Below, piece after piece: positions 1 through 26,172 of a DNA stretch of 64,000 bases. The DNA is from the human T2T-CHM13v2.0 reference genome, Homo sapiens. A program made the translations under genes and the position numbers. The stretch is taken from assembly GCF_009914755.1 (NCBI RefSeq), contig NC_060925.1. The stretch is one strand, 5' to 3'. The notes below the pieces were generated by a model, which saw only the letters and a list, made by a program, of their open reading frames with translations, was not told where the DNA came from and searched no databases. The number at the start of each line of letters is the position of its first letter. The stretch's first letter is position 1.

Positions 1-2042
<2,042 letters not shown>

Positions 2043-2654
2043 TATAATTTTCCATGCTGTTACCTCCAACTTTTTTAAAGTTATTAGATTCAGGTGAGCC
2101 TCTTATTGACAGGAAAAGCTGTATTTGTTTTCCAACTGAGTAAGACAGTCTGTTTTTGGCTAATGCCAAAATGTAGTTAATTTCTGTTTTTAATAGATTA
2201 TATTTATATTTATGGATTTGTTTATCTCCAATATGATTTATATCACAGCACATACCTTTTATTTTTATTTTTATTCCCTCTTTTATTGCCTAAAAAGATT
2301 GGGATTGGTTGAGTTTTTCTTTTCTTCCCCATTACATTTCTTTTTCTCTCTAGTTTGGGCATTAAACACTATTTCTAGCATTTGGAATTATCCTAAAAAT
2401 TTAACACATATATTTTTACTTAATGTTTATAGTTAATATGATTACTCTTCCGTTGAACTAGAAACTTAGAATACTTTAACCCTGATTAGCATCCCTCTTT
2501 CTCAATATATAACCATGTATACACACATATTAAATATATTTAAAAACGAACACTTCAGTATATAGTTATATATTTAGAAATCTATACACAAACGAGAAAT
2601 TACTGTTTCAGTGTAAGTTAAAACAATTTTAGCTCCCTGTACATTTACTAATTT

Positions 2655-3706
<1,052 letters not shown>

Positions 3707-3877
3707 TAAGTCCCTTACTGCTGTCATCAATGTTTGGTTCATCTTATTATTCATACATCTTTAAAAGCATCCAACACTAAGTATGCATCCAGATATTTGC
3801 TGATTAGATACATGAAAGAATGTGTGAGCCTAACTTCTTATTTTCCAGTGGAAATAGAAAGATTCTGCTGTAAGTGA

Positions 3878-4240
<363 letters not shown>

Positions 4241-4694
4241 CTATTCTTAACTTTTTAGGAGAAGATATGGAACATATCAATGCTTGAATGAAAGTAAAGT
4301 ATCTTCTCCTTAGAAAAAATGCACATATGAGCCTACAACAAATTTTGCACATAGTTCTAGGAAATTAACGGATACTTGAAGCATCCATCTGAAACCCAGC
4401 TCAGCAAACTTTGCTCTGGAAAGGTCTCAACCTTGGTACATTGGAGGTTTGGGTCTACAGATGTGAACTAAAGTCAGTTCCACCCTCGTGAATATACTAT
4501 TAAGACTATTGCCTACTCTAAATAGAGCAATAATTCCCTCAAAGAGAGATCTGAGGGCGTTATACCTGTATATAGACAAGAACAAGGCAGTTCATGGTGA
4601 CACCTTCCCTCTCCCTGGTGCTTGGAAGCCAGAAGGATATTGTCTTGGCTTCACCCCTCATCAGACTGTGTCATCTATCTTAAAACTCATCATT

Positions 4695-5166
<472 letters not shown>

Positions 5167-5266
5167 CTAAAATGAGTAGCTTTTGATCGGTGCCTGAGTT
5201 TATTTCTTCCCAACCATGTAGATTCCATTCTCAGACCCAATTCTTCCAGAATCCCCATTGTGCCCT

Positions 5267-6378
5267 CTATCTCTCCTCTTCCTCAGGCTCAGTCCAGACT
5301 TTGATCTGCTTGATCAGGAGTCAAGACTCTTGAGATGCCAACACCAGCAGCCGGATACAATTCAACTGTTCCACAGACTCTTCTTCAGAAAATACTACCT
5401 GGTCCAAATTTCCTCCCACCAGTGGCCCTAGCAGGGCATAGCGAGCACAGCTTTTGGGATCCTCCTGGGGGTCATAGCCCGGTTCCACTTGCCCCTGCTG
5501 CAGTCGGTACCTCCCGACTGCTATCTGGGTGTTTTTTTGTGGCCTGTCCAGAATCACTGTCAAGTAGTTTCCTTTTAAAGGATTTAAGGTAGAGTAGCCC
5601 TCCTTGTTCAGTGTATAAGTGTATTGTAGAATCACAGCCAACATTGATACCATGTCAGTAAGGACAGTTGCAACAGGGTTGTCTGGTTCACCAAAGACCC
5701 TGTCCTTCTCCACAGAAAAGCACATGTCATCAAACACAGAATAATTGCCTGTGTGGTGGAAGACAGAGGGACTGAAATGAATAGGAATATTCTGGGCCAA
5801 GAGAAGACGAAATTCAGAGAGAAGCAAGTGAGTAGGAGTGTCCTTATGGAAGAGGAGGAAAAAAGTGTTCAGGCGGGAGAAGTCACTGGTGCAGAAAACT
5901 TTCCCAGAGATGCTCAGGTGGGAGAACTCCAGGATCACCCAAGGTAGTTCTTTCCAGGCTGATAAGGCCGAAGAGATGGCAGCAGCGAATTTGGGGGTGC
6001 AATGAATATGATCTTCCAACAAAAGAAAGTAATCAGAGAGGTTGCTAGCAAAGTTCATGAGGAGGGCATGATCTACTTTCTGTCTGGAATAGAGGGCTTC
6101 ACAGAGTGATGAGTGATTAACGTCACTCAGATCTCCTGGGAGAGGGGAGCTATGATTGATCACCAGCAGCTTCCCGGCCCTAATCTGTGGTGTGAAGAGA
6201 CCTGAAATAGTGGCAGCTGTTTGGCCAAGCCATTCAGGGTCAGGACCTGACAGGTGGACCAGCACCACGATATACTCCAGCTCACGTTATGAGGAAGCTT
6301 GGAACATGGACTGCAGGTTGTCCAAGAGGTAGCTCCCACGAGGATGCTGCATTGAGGCAATCCCCACGGTCAGCAGTC
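5267..6378 (-). pseudogene. MGAT4FP: MGAT4-family (GT54, MGAT4C-like) GlcNAc-transferase pseudogene, last (catalytic) exon
   Basis: Acceptor ctcccccAG at 6380-6379, then LLTVGIASMQHPRGSYLLDNLQSMFQASS*RELEYIVVLVHL..., SRQKVDHALLMNF, DYFLLLEDH, WVILEFSHLSISGKVF, FSPSVFHHTGNYS (MGAT4C-type motifs). Premature TAA 6289-6287 and TGA 5323-5321 (at the position of a conserved Trp); presumed ancestral TAG 5269-5267. Symbol assigned from recalled synteny with TMEM183A. Confidence 0.85.
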
Positions 6379-7165
6379 CTGGGGGAGACATGAGGCACAT
6401 GAGCACTTCAGGATGGTGAAGCATTCCTAGGACTCTCCTCCCAGGTCTTCTCCTTAGGCTGATCCCAGTGACAATTCACATTCCTTTTCCTGGGACATGT
6501 AGTCCAGATAGGAGGTTAATATCTGATCAGAAATTGTGATGTGATTTTCTTTGGTCAAAGTATTTTGGTCAATATTTGGAAGGCTCTTGGGGAAGCTTTA
6601 TGAAGGGCAAGGCTCTCTCTCATGGGCAAGACTGCCGGGTACCAAAGGCAAATTGCTGGCTTGGCAAAGTATCTTAGCCTGGCCTTGACCTTCAGAGTTA
6701 TCTCAGCTACCACAGGTCAACCAGACCTGGATTAGAGGATCTCTGGAAATCTATGTAAACCCAAGGGTCCAATAGTCTACTGCACCGAGATCTGAAGTCC
6801 ACATGGCCCTCTTTGCCTACCCTCTACCCAATGCCTTTTCCCGCGCTCCCTCCGGCTCCTCCCCCTTCCTGTTTTCCCCTCCCTGGGGGCCGACCATGAC
6901 TGAGCTTCACTATGGGACAGCTCCTTCCCAGGGTCACTGTGGCCCTTCTGTCCTGTTGGTCATTCAAGGGGTGACCAGGTGGGAGGAAAACACACTCAGG
7001 ATCATAACATGGATCAAATTCCACAGCATGGCCCTGCCTCAGAGCACACACACTCTTTCCTTGCCACAGGCCAGTCAGTTCCCTTTTCAACCCTCCTTCC
7101 TTTTTCTGGCCAAAATACCCTGGCTGATCTTCCCCCAGTCAGGCCACTCCCTCCCAGGTACTCAC

Positions 7166-7321
7166 TCTTTTCCTGGGGACGGGCTCCAGCCAGGGATTGG
7201 TAGCTAGCCTGCTGGAGAAGATGGGAGTCTCTCTGCATCTCCTTGAAGGTTCACAGATGGTTCTTGCTTTCAGAGTTGATTTGTTTGACAGCTATTTCCA
7301 AGCTATGTCCTCCTTTTCCTT
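7166..7321 (-). pseudogene. MGAT4FP: MGAT4-family pseudogene, middle (stem) exon
   Basis: AG acceptor 7323-7322, donor GTGAGT from 7165; 3' end encodes ...QQASYQSLAGARPQEK-R joining LLTVG in phase 1; stops TAG 7294-7292 and TGA 7253-7251; 156 nt is incompatible with phase 0 to phase 1, implying a frameshift. Confidence 0.75.
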
Positions 7322-8476
7322 CTGAGGATAAGATATGTCATTCCTGAGGTTCACCCCCAGATTCCCTGGAGACAATTGAGGAGCAGCCTTTGAGGACAGG
7401 CTGGGCAAGCCTCAGCTTCCTGTGCCCAGGGAAGCCGAGTGTGGGGCTCAGGGAACCACTTTCCCCACCTCATCATGAAACCACACAGGGCTTTCCAGCA
7501 GAGGCCATGGGTCCTGGGTTGGGAAGTGGGGCTCCCTGGTTTGTGTGGAGTGCCTGCGGGAAGGGTTAAGTCTTGTGCGGAGTAAGCACTTGCCTGCCCT
7601 CACCGTTGTCAGGCTGGCCAGTGTCGTCTACCTCGGCTTAGGCCTGGGCTAGGTTCTGTGAGATGTGCTGGCACCCAGTGCCTGGCCCTGTCCTCAAGGA
7701 ACATAGGCCCCAGTGCCTCAATTCTAGAGTCCTTTCTTTTGCTCACATCTGACCGTGCACACATTTCTGAACCACTCCCCACACCTGCCCTGTGCTTAGC
7801 TCCAGCTGGTCTGAGATATTTTAGCAAAAATGTGGATTTCAAAGCCTGGCCAGGAACTGTGTGGGGTTTGGTCTTCTCACTTGCAGATGTTGTCCACTTA
7901 GGGAAGCTATTTCCAATCCTTCATGTGAGAAATGGGAAAAATCACATCTCCATGCTAGGTCCTGGTTGGGAAGTGGCCAGCACCCAGGTCCTCATTGCCT
8001 GCTAGTCCTGCCAGTCAGCCTGGTACTTTAGAGGTGGGTGTGCACTGCCCTCTCCACACCTGGAGTCCCCTTTCTTCCTCCCTGCTCCTAGTCAAATCCC
8101 GCTGATATATGAAGGGATAGTGGAAAGTGGCTGTTTTAAATTCAGGGATTTAGAAAGTAACTGTGAATCAAGCTGGTAGTGTTGGTTTTGAATGATTTTT
8201 TCAATAATACACAAGTCCTTTGCAGAGTTTTTGAAGGAAAGCTACAGGAAGTCTCTATCACTCCTATTCCATACCCCTCTGGCAAGCGAGTCTCCTAGTA
8301 ACCACAAATTAGGCATCTCATTGTCAGTTGTCTCCTATGTCTTGTACTACTCTGTTTTCCCCTGGAAATGTCTGTTTTATTTTTATTTATCTATACTTCT
8401 CCACTGTCACCATTGATGGTTATAACAAATTACTCATGTATTTCTTTCATGGGTTAGCAATTTACAGAAAGTAAAT

Positions 8477-8780
<304 letters not shown>

Positions 8781-8987
8781 ATCTTTTCTTAAGAAAAACA
8801 AAACAAAATTATTTCACTTCCTTTATGTTGATTAAAAAAGTATTCTGTCTTTACTTCTCTTTTCTGAGAACATTTACAGCAATTCTAGAGTTTCCCACAT
8901 AGATGGGGCCTAAATGTTGACTTTTATTTAGCTATTTTCCTACTTAATAATTGAAAATGGATTCCACTATCAGGTTCTGGTACTCAC

Positions 8988-9115
8988 CAACAGAAGTTTA
9001 TATTCAGCATTTTGGATTTTCTCACGGAGGAAGAAGCTCAAGAGGAATAAGGATATAATTGCTGTGACATATTTTCCAAGGCAATGATGCATGCTGCCAG
9101 GGGTTGGATGTAGCT
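8988..9115 (-). pseudogene. MGAT4FP: MGAT4-family pseudogene, first coding exon (type II signal anchor)
   Basis: Acceptor tttctctgcAG at 9117-9116, ATG 9092, MHHCLGKYVTAIISLFLLSFFLREKIQNAEYKLLL then donor GTGAGT from 8987, phase 0 matching the next exon. Confidence 0.7.
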
Positions 9116-10199
9116 CTGCAGAGAAATGTGGGCAGCACATGGATTTTAAGTACCTCCTCCTAGAGAAGCACACAGGTGCCATTTTCTTACCCTTTCCCTT
9201 TCTGTTCGTACTTCAAGGTATCACTGGCTTATTCTTTCCTGAGCTTTCTCCCTCTGCATACTAACACCTCTCACCCCAAATTTTTGCTATCTAAAAACTG
9301 CAAAAATTGCCATCTAAATGGCCTTTTAAAAGGCCAAGGAGCTTGATTCTATTTATTCTTTACATTCTGTACCTTCCTCATGGGTTTTCAGATGTATTCT
9401 TATTTTCTAGTTTTTTTATGACAGGAAGTTAACTAAAGATACATTTATTCACCTGCTTAAGCCAAGGATACGTCTTAGGAGGATCATGCAATAGAAGGGA
9501 AAAACCCTCTTGGAGAAGGGATGCAACCAGAAGAGGTGTTGTACCAAGGAAAGGAAACCAAAATAGAAGGTAAAGGGCCCGAGTATGATCCTTTCAAATC
9601 CCACATCTCCACTAAACCTCCCCTCTCCTGTCTCTCAGCCATTATGCTGACTGATTCCTCAAGGCTTACCCTTCCAAACTCATGTTTGGTTGGGGCGGTA
9701 GAATTTTTGTAGGAGCTTCTACCTCAGAGTCAAGTAAAAAATCGATATTTGAATATAAGCCCTTCATTGCATGTGCCACATTTCCAAGGGAAATATTGAG
9801 GTAGCAAGGAAAATGGAAACTAACTGGAAGTTTCTAACCATGTGAAAATTCTCACCATAATCAGAGCAGTATGTCCACTGGAATCATTTAATCTGTCTTT
9901 GGCTCTTGGATCACACACAGACAAATATAATTTGAAGTTCCTCTGAAAGCAGGGTTTTTTCTGAAACTAAAAATAAAACAGCCTTAGTGTCTGAAGGGCA
10001 GGGCTCTGACTGCACAGAGTAGGTTGAAGCCACTGAATGTCTCCTATAAGACCAGCCAAGCCTGGTCAACACTCTCAGGAGACACTACCTAGCAACCACT
10101 GTTCTTTCTGAATGGGGAGCAGGCAGCTCACCATCTCCCCCATCACTTGTAAGTGAAGGTTAGATTTGGGTGGTGAGAAATGTTAACACCAGCTTTCTA

Positions 10200-10600
10200 G
10201 CTGTGGTAAACACAGTAAGTCTCTCTAAATATTCCATTTGCTCCTCTATTCCTGGCCCCCTTGCAGTTAAGTGAAGCCACAATACTAACTCTAGCCAATG
10301 AAAAATGAGTGGAAATTAGTATGTGTCCTTTCTGGGGTAAGACAGTAAAAAACCCACATGAAATTCTCCATTTTTTCTCTTCCCTTACTCTGGTGACTAA
10401 GTTGGCTATGCATTCCAGATGGCATAGCTGCAAGACAGTGGAGCATCTGTCAGCCTAGTTCCCTGAGTGACTATATGGAGCAGAGTCAACACCTGGATGA
10501 GACATATAATTTGGGGGAGAAATAAACTTTTATTGTCTTTAACCACTGAGATTTGGGGTTGTTTGTTACCACAGCATAACTTAGCTATCCTGATTTGACC
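10200..10600 (+). mobile_element. MLT1-family (ERVL-MaLR) LTR
   Basis: 3' end AGAAATAAACTTTTATTGTCTTTAACCACTGAGATTTGGGGTTGTTTGTTACCACAGCATAACTTAGCTATCCTGA typical of old MLT1. Confidence 0.7.
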
Positions 10601-11519
10601 CAGTATTTTAGAAATCGTTCAGAATGCAATTCCACCACTTTGAATTAAATTGGCAGGTTTTGAATAATACCTTCAACAACTTACAAAGCCCTCATGGAGA
10701 ATTGTAAAGAAGAGCTACAGTGAGCTGTTGAGTCTTTCTTCATTACTTTCATTCCACATCCCCTTTCCAGGCTAAGATCAGGCCCAACGGGTAAGTAGAT
10801 CTGTTAGTTACCACAAATTGGTCATTAAACCTCTATTCTTTCCTAGACCCCTTGATGTTAATGTTTGACCCAAGAAATTTCCATATTCTTCCTCTGCTCT
10901 GCTTCAGTTTTATCATTGATATCATCCCACTTTTCCCCTGGCCTTGTGGAATTTTACTGTATGTGTGCATGGCCCAGTAGTCTTGACTTGAGGAAACTCC
11001 CATGCAGATTTCTGGAGCTCTTTTTCCTGCATAGTTCTCTCCTTCCTGGAATTCTGCTCTGTAATGTCTGTGGTTCAGAAATTACCTCAATGCAGAAAGC
11101 CAGGGAAACTGTAAGGCTTACTTTGTGTCTGTGCTTTCTCTCCTGGGTTACTTGTTGTTCAATGTCCGAAGGCATTTTTTTTTCTTATATTTTATCCAAT
11201 TTTCTAGTTGTTTATAATAGGAATTTAATACCAGTTCTAATTACCCCATAAAGATCCTAAATTCAACTTTTAAATCTAAAAACATCTACAATTATAGATG
11301 AGCTTTACTTAGTGATAGTATTATTTTGCTAAAGGCACATGTATAAAACTATTATAGCATTATGCTATAGGTCATGACTCACTTGAGACTAAATAAGCAT
11401 CTTTTTCCTTTTCCTTCTCCTACCCCTTTCTACTTTTTCTTCTTAGTCTTTAAAAAAATCTTCCTCATCTTCTTTCTTCTCTCTCAACCAAAATGCTTCT
11501 TTTAAAAAAATTTATGTAG

Positions 11520-11990
11520 AAGTAAAAATGAGCATAAAATTTCCGGTATAAAATACAATTATTAGTCTAAGAGCTAGTATTATTGTAACTTCAGTTTGAG
11601 ACTCTGCATTTTGTTTTCTACATCATTTTAGAGACTAATACATTTTAAAAAACAACTATTAGTCTATGTTTTTGGACACACAATGTATAAAGATATTTTA
11701 TGATATCAATAGCTGAAAGGGGTGGGGAGTCAGCAGTATAGGAGCAGAGTTTTTGTATCTATTGAAGTTAAGTTGGTATAAATTCAAATTAGAGTGTCAT
11801 AACTTCAGGATGTGAAGTGTAATCCCCATGGCAACCTTAAATAAAATGGTTATAGAATATACACAAAAGGGAATGAGAAGAAAAGTAAAACATTACGCTA
11901 CAAAAAACCCCAGCTAAACACAAAAGAAGACAGTAATGCAGGAACGAGGAACCAGAGTTATAAGGCATATAGAAAAACAATAGCAAAACC
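11520..11990 (+). mobile_element. Old L1M inter-ORF fragment
   Basis: GTTAAGTTGGTATAAATTCAAATTAGAGTG...GTAATCCCCATGGCAACC...ATACACAAAAGGGAATGAGAAG...AAGGCATATAGAAAAACAATAGCAAAA motifs. Confidence 0.65.
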
Positions 11991-12204
11991 TATGTGAGAT
12001 TTTCCTACATAGCCCTGGTATTTATATGGTTTATTTAAAAATTGGCCCACATTGTTATTTTTCAAAATATAGTTTTCTCGTATTCAGCTGTCCTTCCTTT
12101 ACATTTTATAACTTGACAATTCTGAGTATTACAATAGTGATTCTTTCCTATTACCCACTGTTGATGCTTTTAGAGAACTTTTATATATTCTACAAATATT
12201 CTTT

Positions 12205-12500
12205 CTTCTTTGTTTTGAGGCAGTGTTTTTTTACTCCTGTTGCCCAGGCTGGAGTGCAGTGGTGCAATCATGGTTCACTGCAGACAACTTCCCTGGTTCA
12301 GGCAATCCTCCTGCCTCAGCCTCCCAAGTAGCTGAGACTACAGGTGTGCACCACCACACCCAGCTAATTTTCTGTATTTTTAGTGGAGACAGGTTTTTGC
12401 CATGTTGCTCAGGCTGGTCTTGGACTCCTGAATCCAAACCATTTGCCCACCTCGGCCTCCCAAAGTGCTGAGATTACAGGTGTGAGCCATTGTGCCCGGC
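12205..12500 (-). mobile_element. AluJ-like element
   Basis: Antisense Alu, TSD AAATATTCTTTCTT on both sides. Confidence 0.85.
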
Positions 12501-12629
12501 AAAATATTCTTTCTTACCCCGAGTTTTTTTTTTAATCATCCTACTGTATTATATTTTATTCAAAGTATTTGTTAGCTATCCTGACATTCTTGATCATTGG
12601 ACCATTATCCTATGTACATTAAAAAAATT

Positions 12630-13305
<676 letters not shown>

Positions 13306-13394
13306 ACTACTGAGGTACCCCACTCGACATACTAAAATTTTGTCATAGCTTATCAGGAACTATATTCTAGGACCTCCCTTTAGAAGAGGAAGAA

Positions 13395-16900
<3,506 letters not shown>

Positions 16901-17257
16901 TTCCCAGAGCTCTCAGCTAATTATAGTAACTGCAAGTAGAGTGTTTATAGCTAGCATGGAACTCCATTTTTTTTTAATCCTACAGAGCTCCTATGTTACC
17001 CAGGAGAAAGGAATGGAGCAGGTATTCCCTGATAGAGGAAACAGTATAAAGATACTAAGGATTAGACTTGGGTCTGGCCCCCAAAATTGACTGGATCATG
17101 AAGTGTGGGATTATGAAGCTGAGGAAGATTGTGTTCACCCCCCAACTCATTCTGGTCTGCCCTTGGGACGTGGTACTTGATCAAACCTCTTCAGTTAATA
17201 GCAATTCCTTCTTACCTGGCCCCATTGCATACTAAGTCCTGGCCATGCCCCTTATAA

Positions 17258-17590
<333 letters not shown>

Positions 17591-18291
17591 CAAAACTTTG
17601 TAAGGCTAATAATTTGCAAAAGCAAAAACAGCATTTATCTGGACTGATGCCCATCTTAAACAGAGTGGAATAGGGAACACAGGTTACAGAAGGAGAAAAA
17701 AGAGCATTGTCACCGTGAGAGTAGCCAGAGAGATAATGAAGAGAGCTAAAAAAATGGAGTATCATCGTAAAGATGATTTCAAGAAGGATGAGATCTCATA
17801 GAAATATAAGAAAGAGAATGTAGAAAATGCAATGAAGAGGTCACTGGCTACCTTAAGAGTAGTTTCAATGGACAGGTGAATTTTGAAGCCCGAGTCTGGT
17901 GACACAAGAATTGTCTAGGTGCTGAAGAAACAAAGACAATGGGCAAAAGGTGTTCTTATTAGTCATGGTAGATAGAGGAGGGAACAGTGTTTGTCATGGA
18001 GGTTTTCAGGACAGAGTAGACTTGTGCATGTTTGTAAATTAGAGAAAGGAGCCTATAGGTGGGAAAAATATGTTCATTTCTGTAATTCCTGATGTGCAAA
18101 TTTTTGTAGACTCAATTATCACGTACTGAGGCTATACTGCCCTCTTGTGGTGCAGAGTGCCCAGAAACTTTATTCTAAATTAGAAGTCTGCAAACTTGCT
18201 GTAAAGGGCCAGACGGCAAATATTTTAGACTTTGAGGATCATTCGGTCTTTGTCATTATTACGCCTTGTAGAGTGAAAGGAGCCACAGATA

Positions 18292-19109
<818 letters not shown>

Positions 19110-19569
19110 AGCCACAGATAATACATAAATAGGTAGGAGTATTTCAATAAAACTTTATTTACAAAAAATATGTAGGGGTCAGATTTGGCCTGCAGCCTCT
19201 GGTTTGCTGGCCCTTGATCTAAACCTGTGTTCTCAATATTTGGACGGAACATTAAAGTTATCTGGGGATTATTTTTGTTTGCTTTGTTTTTAAGAGAATA
19301 ACTCCTGGTCTTGAAGGATCCTCCCTCCTCAGCCTCCAGAGTAGCTGGAACTACAGGTGTGGCCCACCAGCCTGGCCCTCTAGGGATTGTTTTAAAATAA
19401 TGCGAGTGCCCAGGCTACACCTCAGACTGATTGAATATGAAACTTTGGGTGTAGGGCCAGGTCACTAGTACTTTATAAAATGCCACCACCAGGGAGGGAG
19501 TCCATTGTGCAGTCATGGCTGAGAGCTACTGATTCAAATGAATATGCTTCTAGTTTTAAGTGCAGCCCA

Positions 19570-19820
19570 CCTTTATTGAGTGCTTATTATGTGCCAGGTG
19601 CTGAGCTAAGAGCTTTCCATATATTGTATTATCTCATTTAATCCTTAAAGCAACTCTATGAATTGGGAATCATTATGAAGCTCATCTTATAGATAAGGAA
19701 ACTGAATTTTTGTGAGATTAAGTAATCTGCTCCAGGTTATGTAGCTATTAAGAGAAGAACAGTGATTGAAACTGAGAACATCTGCCTCTAGAGCCTGAGC
19801 TTCCCATCGCTAGGCTACTC
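19570..19820 (-). mobile_element. MIR SINE
   Basis: TTTATTGAGTGCTTATTATGTGCCAGG...TCTCATTTAATCCT...ATAGATAAGGAAACTGA core. Confidence 0.75.
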
Positions 19821-19899
19821 TATTTGTTACTATTATTTTTAACTGAAAACCACTGAGAACTATGTGAATTGAACTATTTGTATCATATACTATATTTTA

Positions 19900-20521
19900 T
19901 TTTTAAAATTTATTTTATAAAATAGAGATGGGGTCTCACTATGTTGACCAGGCTGGTCTCAAACTCCTGGCCTCAAGCAATCCTCCTGCCTCGGCCTCCC
20001 AAAGTATTGGGATTACAGGTGTAAGCCACCACACCTGGCCATATACTATATTGTATTTTATTTTTTGCTTTTGAGACAGTCTCAGTCTGTCACCCAGGCT
20101 GGGGTGCAGTGGTGCGATCTCCTGGGCTCAAGTGATTCTCATGCCTCAGCCTCCCAAGTGGCTGGGACTACAGATGCCCGCTACAATGCCCGGCTGATTT
20201 TTGTATTTTTAGTAGAGATGGGGTTTCACCATGTTGGCCAGGCTGGTCTTGAACTCCTGACCTCAGGTGATCTGCCGGCCTCGGCCTCCCAGAGTGCCGG
20301 GATTACAGGCGTGAGCCACTGCGCTCGGCATCAATATACTATATTTTAAATAAGGCGGGTAAAGTTAATCACAAGCAATTTTCCCTAGATTTAATAAATG
20401 CAATAAATGCAGTTTTTCTAGTGCCACAGCTGTTTTTTTTTTTTTTTTTTTTTTTTTTTTGAGATGGAGTCTCACTCTGTCACCAGGCTGGAGTGCAGTG
20501 CCGCGAACTTGGCTCACTGCA
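19900..20521 (-). mobile_element. FLAM/Alu cluster (19900-20040, 20055-20329, 20433-20521)
   Basis: Antisense Alu monomer, Alu and truncated Alu. Confidence 0.85.
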
Positions 20522-20655
20522 TTCTTCTTATGAATCAGATTCTTCTCAGATCTTTTCCACAGCTTTAGCACATCATAGAAATTCATTGTTTAAGTACGCT
20601 TTCAGTTTGTTTTCTGTTACAGGTTTTCTCTTAGTTTGACTCCACGTGTACTAAC

Positions 20656-21111
20656 TGTTACACGCATCTGTATAAGAGACCACCTGAGCAGGCTTAGTGT
20701 GAGCAACAAGGCTGTTTATTCACTTGGATGCAAGTGGGCTGAGTCCGAGAAAGGAGTCAGCGAAGTGTGGTGGGATTATCATTGGTTCTTATAAGTTTGG
20801 GATAGGCCGTGGAGTTAGGAGCAATTTTTGTGGGCAAAGGATGGATGTTACAAAGTACATTCTCAAGGGCGGGGAGGATGTTACAAAGTACATTCACAAG
20901 GGCAGAGAGGACGCATTGTCACAAGGGCAGGGAGGAATGTTACAAAGTACGTTCACAAGGCGGAGGGGGAGACTGTATTGTCACAAGGGCGGGCAGGAGC
21001 GTTACAAAGCACATTCACAAGGATAGGGAATATCACAAAGTACATTATCACAAGGGTGGGAGAATGTCACAATGCCTTGACCATGGTGTGGCCAGCTCAG
21101 AGGAACTTACA
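20656..21111 (-). mobile_element. LTR7C-like solo LTR (HERV-H related)
   Basis: TG...CA ends; GAGACCACCTGAGCAGGCTTAGTGTGAGCAACAAGGCTG...GGGCTGAGTCCGAG and internal repeats TTACAAAGTACATTCACAAGGGC. Confidence 0.8.
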
Positions 21112-21189
21112 CTTAGACTACTAATATTAATCAAAGGCAAAAGTTCAGTATGACTCTTTTAATCTTAGAGGCAGTATAAGACAGTGGTT

Positions 21190-23616
<2,427 letters not shown>

Positions 23617-24146
23617 ATGAATTTTTTATTGATAACGTTGTGAAATGAGAAGCCTCAGCACTTACCATCTGCATTTTGAACTGGACTACAAACATGAATT
23701 ACATATAAATAGAAACCTTATTTGAAAGAATTTTCTTTTGTTAACAGCTTATTAGACATTTGTTTCATGTTGTAACTTTAGATAAATTAAATTTGAATAT
23801 TTCATAATTGTAATCAATTCTCTTCAGCTTCAATTTTAATTCCTAATTGATTCAAGCCTATTAGCAAGATCCCTGGTGGTAGTCTGTTACATAATGTTAG
23901 TAAAAGGCCTGAGGTTTTTCTCCTAACAAACTTGGTGCCAGCTCGTTAGACTGAAAATAAGATACTCTCTGGTAGATCCAGCGGATTGGATGCCTGGGTC
24001 CTAAGTTTCCCAAGCCAGGGATTATCACCTTTTAGGAGCTGCAAGGAAGTTAGAAGGATGAAGGAGAATAACTTAGGAAACCAAATAACTTCTTATGTGT
24101 CGCGGTGATACTTTTCTTTTTTTTTTAATTTATTTATTTATTTACT

Positions 24147-24583
24147 TTTCATGCGCGTCTGTGTGAAGAGACCACCAAACAGGCTTTGTGTGAGCAATAA
24201 AGCTCTTAATCACCTGGGTGCAGGCGGGCTGAGTCGGAAAAGAGAGTCAGTGAAGGGAGATAAGGGTGGGGCCGTCTTATAGGATTTGGGTAGATAAAGG
24301 AAAATTGCAGTCAAAGGGGATTTGTTCTCTGGTGGGCAGGAGTGGGGGTCGCAAGGTGCTCAGTGGGGGAGCTTTTTGAGCCAGGAAAAGGACTTTCACA
24401 AGGTAATGTCATCACTTAAGGAAGGACTGGCCATTTTCACTTCTTTTGTGGTGGAATGTCATCAGTTAAGGCGGGGCAGGGCATTTTCACTTTTGTGATT
24501 CTTCAGTTACTTCAGGCCATCTGGGCGTACACGTGCAAGTCACCAGGGATGCGGTGGCGTGGCTTGGGCTCAGAGGCCTGATA
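24147..24583 (-). mobile_element. LTR7/LTR7B HERV-H solo LTR
   Basis: TTTCATGCGCGTCTGTGTGAAGAGACCACCAAACAGGCTTTGTGTGAGCAATAAAGC...GGCTTGGGCTCAGAGGCCTGATA is the reverse complement of the HERV-H LTR; 5-bp TSD TTACT/ATACT. Confidence 0.9.
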
Positions 24584-24846
24584 ATACTAGCCCAGGGTCC
24601 TGCTCCCTTACAGTTCTGTAATCTTCACTCAGTGACTCGCTTCTGTCTCAATACAAAGGAAAGACGTTATTTTTTCTTTTTCTTCTTTTTTTTTTTTTGA
24701 GGCAGGGTATCGCTCTGTAGCCCAGGCTGGAGTGCAGTGGCGCAATCATGGCCCACTGCAGCCTTGACCTCCTGGACTCAAGTGACCTTCCTGCCTCTGC
24801 GATAGTTTTTCATGGATGCTTCTAGTAGTTTTTTGGAGGTATGGTG

Positions 24847-25614
<768 letters not shown>

Positions 25615-26172
25615 ATTGGAAGCTTTTAAGAACTCCTTCTCCTATTTTGAGAATTCAGAAATTTATTTATAGCTTTCGTAAAATAGAGTGAAGACTCTTA
25701 CAGACCTATGTTAGACTAGCAGGCGCTCAGTCTCTGTGGTCCGAGATAGAGCACGAAGATGACAGTGTATATGCATTTTGGTGCTGAAGTGGACCTGGAG
25801 TGTGGACAGAGGAGTTACTAAGAAGAATCCCGGAGACCAGGATGTAAACTCTCAATTCTAATCAACACAGGTGTGGGCTATGGTTCTGAGACACCATTCA
25901 TCTCACACGAGGTACGGCGATACGCGACACCACCCAGTACAACAGCTCTCTCTCCACCTGGAACCCGGACCCAGCTTGATTCGCGGGTGCCGGATGATGA
26001 CGTATCCTTGCACCTGGCGATGATTGGTTCGCGTGGAGAGGCGTCGTCCGACAACGCGACTCGGAACCCGGACCTATGTTCTCGCGAGAGTTAGCGGCCT
26101 CCGGTGTGGGATGGCCGCGGAGCCGGGCGGAGCTGGCTTGCGGCTCCCGGGGCCGGCTCTCCGGCCGGAGAC

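Noticed and set aside
5321-6268. 315-aa ORF as a functional glycosyltransferase gene
   Set aside because: Starts at an internal GTG after a premature TAA, lacks the anchor and stem, ends at a premature TGA, and upstream exons carry stops and a frameshift
20840-21070. Regular TTACAAAGTACATTCACAAGGGC repeats resembling a CRISPR array or novel VNTR
   Set aside because: Intrinsic internal repeats of the LTR7C-like element; no unique spacers; eukaryotic DNA
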